The notes under the pieces were generated by a model. It saw only the letters and a program-made list of their open reading frames with translations, searched no databases and had not been told where the DNA came from. Positions 57,393 to 64,000 of a stretch of 64,000 nucleotides of DNA are shown one piece after another. This stretch comes from Scenedesmus sp. PABB004 (lineage: Eukaryota), in the NCBI GenBank assembly GCA_014905635.1, contig JABVCE010000012.1, forward strand, positions 310,001-374,000, in the 5' to 3' direction. A program made the position numbers and the translations under genes. Position 1 is the first letter of the stretch, and every line of letters begins with the position of its first letter.

Positions 57393-60287
57393 ATGGCACC
57401 CAAGAAGCGCAAGGCGGATGGCGTCAAGCAGCAGGGGGTGCGGTGGCGCTCGGAGCGGCGCGGGCGCGGGAGCAGCGCGGCAGCGGCGCGCGTTCGAAGC
57501 AGCTGGCGAGGCCGCCGCCGCCGCCCCTTCCCCCCGCCCCCCCCCACACACACACACAGATCTCGGCGGCGTTCGCCAAGGCGGCGCGCGACGGCGCGGC
57601 CGCGGCCGGCGGGCAGCGCCTGCCCGCGCTCGAGCGCGCCGCGCCGCCCGGGGACGTCGCCGTGCCCGACGCCTGCGTCGAGGAGGCGGCGCGGCAGTAC
57701 GAGCAGTACGAGGCAGACGCGGCGGGCAAGCTCGCGCCGCTCCTCGCGCGCTACGCCGAGGCGCGCGCGTCGGCGCTCGCGGCGGCGCGCGGCGCCGGCG
57801 CCGGCACGCCGCGCGCGGGCACGCCGCGCGCCGGCACGCCGCGCGCCGGCACGCCGCGCGCCGGCGGTCGGCGCCGCACCCCGCCGCAGTCGGGCGCGGC
57901 CGACGACGAGTGGGAGGGGCAGGCGGAGGACGGGGACGGGGCGGAGGACTCGCCCGCGGCGCTCGAGGCGGCCGTCGCGCGCTGGGCGGCGCGCGGGCGC
58001 TACGTCGTGCGCGCGCACGCGCTCTGGGCCGGCGGCGGCGCCGCGCTGCCGCCGGCGGCGCAGGAGCAGCTCGCGGTGGTGGTGCTGCACCACGGCCGCC
58101 ACCCCGCGGGCGACCCGCTGCTCTCGGTCGCGGCGTACCGCCTGCTGCTGGCCAACCTCGCGGCGCACCCGCCGACGCGCCTGGTCGAGCTCGAGGGCGG
58201 CGCCGCGCCGGCGGCCCTGCAGGTCGACGGCGCGACGTGGCACCCGCTGCTGCGCAGCGCGGCGCCCGCCGGCGACGGCGAGCCGCCGGCCGGCGCCGGC
58301 CGCGGCGGCGGCGGCGGCGGCGCAGGCGCGCCAGCGGCGGGCGGCGGCGGCGGCGGCGGGCGCGGCGGGCGCGCCGCGCGGGGTCGCGGCGCTCGCGGGC
58401 GCGCGCTTCGGCCTGCTGCAGCGCCTCGTGCGCAACGCGGTGCACGCGGTCGCGGGCGACGCCGACGCGGCGGTCGTGGGCGAGCGCGGCGCCGAGCGCG
58501 GCGCGGCGCGGCGGCCGAGCGGCGCGCCGTGCCAGGGCCAGGGCCTGCTGCTGCTCTACCTGGTGCAGCTGCTCGCGTCCGACGCGGGCCCGCGCCTCGC
58601 GCTCGCGGCGCGCAGCCTCGCCGCGGCGGCGGCCGCGGGCGACGCCGACGTCGCGGCCGCGCTGCGCCGCCGCGCCGGCGTGGCGCTGCAGCAGAGCCTG
58701 CTGCACCGCCTGATGGAGGTGCGGCGCAGCGCGATGAGTGGGAGGGAAGTGCGGGGCGCGGGTGCGGCTGATTGGAGCTGGGCGGCCGGCCACGGACTGT
58801 GTGCGCGCGCGCACCGCCCCGGGCGCGGCTCACGCACGCCGCCGACGCCGCCGCCGCCCGCGCTCGGCGCAGTCCGACCCCGGCTGGTCGCCCAGCCCCG
58901 ACGAGGCGCGCGGGCGGCACCGCCTGGTGCGGGACCTGGCGGCGATCATCGCGGCGGGCGCCGACGCGCCCGCGCTCACGCCCGCGCTCGCGCTGCCGCC
59001 GGCGGCGGCTGGCGCCGCCGGTGGCGCCGGCGGCGCCGACGGCGAGGCGGCGGCGGCCGCCGAGGCGGCCGCGGCGGCGGCCGCCGTCGCGTGCGCGGCC
59101 GCGGAGCCCGCGCCGCGGTGCGCGCTCGCCGCCGCGGCGCGCACGCTGCTGTCGCTGCTGCTGCGCATATACTCGGTGGCCGAGGCGGCCGGCGTGTACG
59201 GCGGCGGCGGCGCCGGCGGCGGCGCGCACCACCACGCGGCGCGCGGCGCGAGCGGCCAGGCCAACGACCGCTTCTGGCTCGACTGCGCCCTGCTCAAGGC
59301 GGCCGGCGGCCTCGGGGGCGCGCGCGCGCTGCCCGCGGTGCGCGCCGCGGCGGCGCCCGACGCGCCGCCCGCCGCGCGCCGCCGCGGCGGCCGCGCTGCA
59401 GCGCCTGCTCGCCGCGCTCCCGGGCGAGCACCGCGTGCGGCTCGCGGCGCTCGCGGTGGCCGAGGCGGTCAGCGCGCGGTGCGCGCGCCCACGCGCGCGC
59501 GGGGCCGCCGCGCCGCGGCGGGGGAGGTGGGGGCGAGCGCGGCGGGGGAGGGCGCAGAGCGCCGAGCGCCCGCGCACGCAGCGCGCGCGCGCGCGCGCTG
59601 CCGCCGACGCGGTCGGCCCGCGCCCGCCGGCGCCGCGCAGCTCGTACGACGCGCCCGGCGCGGCGGCCAGTGCGCACCTGGCGGAGCTCCATGCCTATTT
59701 CACGGACCAGGTGGGTGGGCCCCCAGCAGCGGCGGCCGCGCGGCAGCGCTGCGGCAGCTCGCCTCGCCCCGCGGGCGGCGCGGCGAGCGGCGCGGGCGAG
59801 GGGCCCGCTGCGGCCGCACCGCGCCGCGCAGGGCAAGGGGCACGGCGAGTTCAGGGCCGGCGACGCGCTGGAGGTGATGCGGTGAGGCAGGGCGCTGCGC
59901 GGGGGGAAGCGGGGCCCTCCGGGCTGGGCTGCCAGCGCCCCCGCACGCCAGGCGGTCCTCGCTCGGCAGCATCGGCCGCCGACGCGTCGCCGCGCGCGGC
60001 GGCGCCGCAGGGCGCTGTCGGACCGGCTCGACTGGGCGGCCCGCGACGTGCTCGGCGGGCGCGACGCGCACGCGCTGCTGGTCGCGGCGCTCGCGTCGGC
60101 GGGGCTGCGCGGCGGGCAGGTCCCGCCCGGCGCGCGGGCCGAGTTCGTGGCGCTCTCGCGGCGCGTGCTGGGCCACGCGGTTGCGGCGAGCAAGGCGCGG
60201 CTGGCGGGCGAGGCCGAGGGCGGCGGCGGCGCGCCGCCCGAGGCGCTGCTCGCGCTGGGGCTCGCGCTGGAGCAGGCGGCCGCGTGA
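57393..60287 (+). CDS. Nuclear helical protein, possible Nse5/SIMC1-like SMC5/6 cofactor
   Basis: MAPKKRK NLS; spliced coding exons; AYRLLLANLAAHP, LLLLYLVQLLASD, LQQSLLHRLM. Confidence 0.55.
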
Positions 60288-60328
60288 GGCGCGGGCGTGC
60301 GCGGTTGCAACTGGCGCGCGCCTGTCCC

Positions 60329-61272
60329 TCACTCGGGCTGCGCCCGGATCCACGCGGCCACGGCCTCGTGGCCACGGCCCGCCGCAGACTCGCACCAGTC
60401 GCGCCGCCAGGGGCAGCCGTTGGCGCGCAGCCAGCGCAGCGCCTCCAGGTGCCCGCGGTCAGCCGCCGCCCAGCACACCCACTCGTCCCACAGAAAGCCG
60501 TTGGCGCGCAGCCAGCGCAGCATCTCCAGGTCGCCAAGCCGCGCAGCGTCGTAGCACACGTGCGTGCCCCACGGCAGCGGCGGCGTCTGCGCGCGCGCCC
60601 AGCGCAGCACCGCCAGCTGCCCGCCCTCGGCTGCTGCGTTGCACACGCCCCCCAGGGCCAGCCCCTCGCCGCGCGCCCACTCCAGCACGGCGAGCTGGCC
60701 GTGCTCCGCTGCTGCCCAGCACACGCTGTCCATGTCGCAGCCGGCGCCGCGCAGCCAGGCCAGCCCCGCCACGTCGCCGCACGCCGCGCGCGCCCCTGCC
60801 AGCTCCCTCTGCTTCTCGTCACCCTGCACCGCCCGCCAGGCCTCCCGCATCGCCGCCAGCGGCAGCTCGGGGCAGCGCAGCGCGACGACCGTCGCGCCGC
60901 GGAAGCGCTCGCGCGACGCCTTGCAGACCAGCTTGGCGGCCCACGCCTGCAGGGCCAGCGGCAGGAAGCTCAGGACGTGGAGCACGAGCGGCTCGGGCAG
61001 CTCCGGCAGCGGGCTGCTGGCGGCGCGGCGCGGTGCGGTGGGGCGGGCGGGCGGGCGGCGGGCGGTCAGGCGGCGCCTGCTGCCGGCGCCAGGCAGCACT
61101 AGCCGGGGGTGCCGCGCCGGGCAGCACTAGCCGGGGGTTGCCAGCAGCAGCAGCAGACCCACCTCTGCGCCGCCTCCGCCCCAGCCGGCGCCTCGCCCGC
61201 CACCGCTGCGGCCGCCCCGCGTGCGCTCGTGGTCGGCCCGGCGCGCCGCTTGACCGCCGGCGCAGCAGACAT
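60329..61272 (-). CDS. F-box-like + ankyrin-like repeat protein (U12), apparently intact
   Basis: ATG 61272, intron AG|GTGGGT. Two terminal-type modules: LRWLRANGFLW and LRWLRANGCPW. Confidence 0.85.
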
Positions 61273-62102
61273 GGTGCCGCCTGACAGTCTGCGGGCCACC
61301 AGGGAGCAGCAGGCAGAGAGCCGCCAGCAGTGGGCGAGCGCGTGGGCAGCGTGAGCGGCAGCAGCAGCGCGCGGCGCCGCGCCCGCCCCGGCGCGGTGGC
61401 GCGGCGGCGGGCCTGCCAGCGACGCCCGGGGCGCGCAGGCCCGGTGGACCACGCGACATGACCGCCCGCCACGCACCGCCGGTGCCCCCGCCGCCCGCGG
61501 TGGGCGCCGCGCAGCGCGGCGCGCTGCTGCTGCCCTCCCCCGCGCGCGCGGCTCGCCTGGCGCTGCGCTGGGCGGCACGGCCTAGTCACCAAGAGCCCGC
61601 AGCGCGTCGCCCCGCCTGGCCAGGGGCGCGCCACGGGCGGGGCCGGGCGCGGGGCGGCGCGGCGCGTGCGTGCGGCGATGTGCGGGCCGCGGCCGGCGCT
61701 CGAGTGTGTGTGCGTGTGGCAGAGGCGCTGAGGGCGGCGGCAGTGTGGGGCGGCGGGGCGGCGCGCATAGGGGGCCTCCTCGGCGGCGGCGCGGGCAGCC
61801 GGCCAGGCGGCGCTCGCTGCGCCCTGGGCCCTGCACCGCCGCCCCCGCGCCGCCGCTGCCGGGACGGCGCGGCGCGTCGACGTGCTGCCGCCGCCAGCGC
61901 CCAGCGACGGCGCGGGAGTGCGACCCGCCCAGGTGCACTGCGCGCGCGGTCGGCCGGTTGCCAGCGCTTGCCGCCCTCGCCGTCGCCAACTTCCCTCCCC
62001 TCTCCCTCGCCACGCACGCGCGCACCACCACGACGCTGGCAGCGCCCCCCGCACACGCACGCGCGCCCAGCCACGGGCCTGCCTCGCCTCGCCCTGGCCG
62101 CG

Positions 62103-63325
62103 CTAGGCGGCGCGCTGCGCGTCGCCCTCGAGGGCGACGTCCGAGTCCCCCTCCCCCACCCCGTCCTCGTCCTCCTCCCAATCGTCCGAGTCCTCCCCCA
62201 CCCCGTCCTCGTCCGCCTCCCCATCGCCCGAGCCCCCCTCCCCCTCCCCTCCTCCCCCTCCCCCTCCCCCTCCCCCTCGTCCTCGTCCTCCCCCTCGTCC
62301 TCGTCCTCATCATCCGCGAACAAGCTGAGGAAGGCAAGGAAACGGGCAATCTCAGGGTGGTCGTCCGCCGACACGGGCTGCGCTCGGATCCACGCGACCA
62401 CGGCCTCGTGGCCAAGGACAAACGCCCCGTCCTCGCACTGCATGCGCTGCCACGGGCAGCCGTTGGCACGCAGCCAGCGCAGCGCCTCCAGGTGCCCGTG
62501 CGCAGCCGCCAGCCTGCACACCTCCTTGTTCCACGGCGCGGGCTCGTCCTGGGCGCGCACCCAGCGCAGCATCTCCAGGTCGCCGCGCTCCGCAGCGAAC
62601 CTGCACACCCAGTCCCCGTCCCACGGCACCGGCGGCATCTGCGCGCGCGCCCAGCGCAGCACATCCAGCTGCCCGCCCGCGGCAGCTCCGCAACAAGCGT
62701 TCCACAGGTCCAGCCCCTCGCCGCGCGCCCACTCCAGCACGGCGAGCTGGCCGGCGCGTGCTGCCTTGTGGACCCCGCCGTGCACGTTGCAGCCGGCGCC
62801 GCGCAGCCAGGCCAGCCCCGCCACGTCCCCGCACGCAGCGCGCGCCCCGGCCAGCCGCGACTGCTGCCGCCCATCACCCTGCAACGCCCGCCACGCCTCC
62901 TGCACCGCCGCCAGCGGCAGCTCGGGGCAGCGCAGCGAGACGACCGTGGCGCCACGGAAGCGCTCGTGCGCCGCCTTGCAGACCAGCTTGGGGCACCACG
63001 CCTGCAGGGCCAGCGGCAGGAGGTCCAGGACATGGAGCACGAGCGGCTCGGGCAGCTCCGGCAGCGGGCTGCTGGCGGCGCGGCGGGGCGAGGGCGAGCG
63101 GGGCGGGCGGAGGGCGGTCAGGCGCGCCTGCTGCCGGCGGTGGTGGTTCGTGGGCAGCGCGTGCCGCTCCAGGCAGCATCAGCCAGGGGGGCCCCAGCAG
63201 CAGCAGCAGCGGCCCCAACTCGGCGCCGCCTCGGCCCCCGCCGGTGCCTCGCCTGCTGCCGCTGCGGCCGCGCATGCGCTCGTGGTCGGCGCGGCGTGCC
63301 GCTTGCCCGCTGGCGCAGCAGACAT
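62103..63325 (-). pseudogene. F-box-like + ankyrin-like gene (U13) with mutated splice donor and acidic tail
   Basis: Donor is AG|TT at 63218 instead of AG|GT, and the unspliced frame stops within the intron. Long D/E/G tail with frameshifts in G-runs. Confidence 0.6.
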
Positions 63326-64000
63326 GGTTCCACCTGACAGCCTGCGGGCCACCAGGGAGCAGCAGGCGGGGCGCCGGCAGCAGCGTGCGAGCGCGCGGGC
63401 GGCGTGAGCGCGGCAACAGCAGCGCGCGGCGCCCGCCCCCGCCGCCCCGGCGCGGCGGCGCGACGGCGGGCCTACCAGCGGCGCCCGGAGCGCGCAGAAC
63501 TAGCGGCGCACGCCACACGCCCGCCCGCCGCGCACCGCCGGTGCCCCCGCCGCCCGCAGCGGGCGCCGCGCAGCGCGCCCCGCCCGCCCGCCGCTGCCCT
63601 CCCCGCCTGCCCGCGCGCGCGGCTCGCCTGGCGCTGCGCTGGGCGGCACGGCCTAGTCACCACGCGCCCGCGGGTCCGCGCGCCCCGCCTGGCCAGGGGC
63701 GCGCCGCGGCGGCAGCGGGCGCTGCGATTCGAACGGCAGCGCGCGTGCGAGCGGGAGCTGCGAGGGCACTTCCACCGCTGTGTGCGTTTGCGTGTGGCAT
63801 GGGGCTGTGGGCGGCGGCTGTGGGCGGCGCGCGCGGGGGGGCTCCTCGATGGCGGCGCGGGCAGACAGCCGGGCGGCGCCGCCGCCCTGCGCCGCCGCCC
63901 TGCGAGCGCCGCGTGGTGTTTCAAGCGGCGGCGCCGCAGCAACGCCGCGCCTCCAATGCGCGCACACCAGACACACGCCAGCCAGCCAGCCAAGCGCGCC

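Larger units (their letters stand above)
60329..63900 (-). repeat. Head-to-tail pair of cassettes U13+U12 with conserved spacer (~61850-62100)
   Basis: Leaders at ~63900 and ~61845. Spacer contains GGTCGGCCGGTTGCCAG. Confidence 0.9.

Noticed and set aside
1282..62900. Diversity-generating retroelement as the source of variation
   Set aside because: No RT or template/variable repeat pair, and the differences do not look adenine-specific.
232..63900. Cassette as a retrotransposon/retrocopy or classical TIR transposon
   Set aside because: The intron is retained, and I saw no RT or transposase, poly(A), terminal inverted repeats or target-site duplications.
232..63900. Endogenous giant-virus segment
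   Set aside because: Ankyrin/F-box genes resemble NCLDV families, but there are no viral hallmark genes and the neighbours are typical spliced host genes. A remote viral origin of the family remains untested.

Overview
Eukaryotic, extremely GC-rich, intron-dense DNA. The style suggests a chlorophyte green alga, possibly Sphaeropleales/Selenastraceae (inference). I can support about 12 spliced host genes: a TOUSLED-like kinase, an Em/LEA-like small protein, a GT11-like fucosyltransferase, DPH1, a plastid carbamoyl-phosphate synthase large subunit, a QTRT2-like TGT subunit, a small single-TM protein, a TauE/SafE transporter, an S10 serine carboxypeptidase, an SDR, PF6/SPAG17, and a possible Nse5/SIMC1-like protein. 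The dominant feature is a roughly 1.5-2 kb repeated cassette present 13 times in both orientations, filling most intergenic gaps: 10 coding copies, 2 leader-only copies and 1 internally deleted copy. Each coding copy has a conserved non-coding leader of about 600 bp, a short exon 1, a conserved phase-2 intron, and an exon encoding an F-box-like motif followed by 'LxWLRANGCPW'-type ankyrin-like repeats. The scaffold is constant, but specific repeat positions, a linker and repeat number vary. Copies are mosaics of one another, and the same head-to-tail spacer recurs at four loci. My reading (inference) is a locally spreading, DNA-duplicated, diversifying repertoire of substrate receptors. GC-AG introns are frequent, and telomere-like (CCCTAAA/TTTAGGG) motifs are concentrated in the carB introns. 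Most ORFs in the supplied track are GC artefacts. Exon boundaries were read by eye and some gene ends are approximate.
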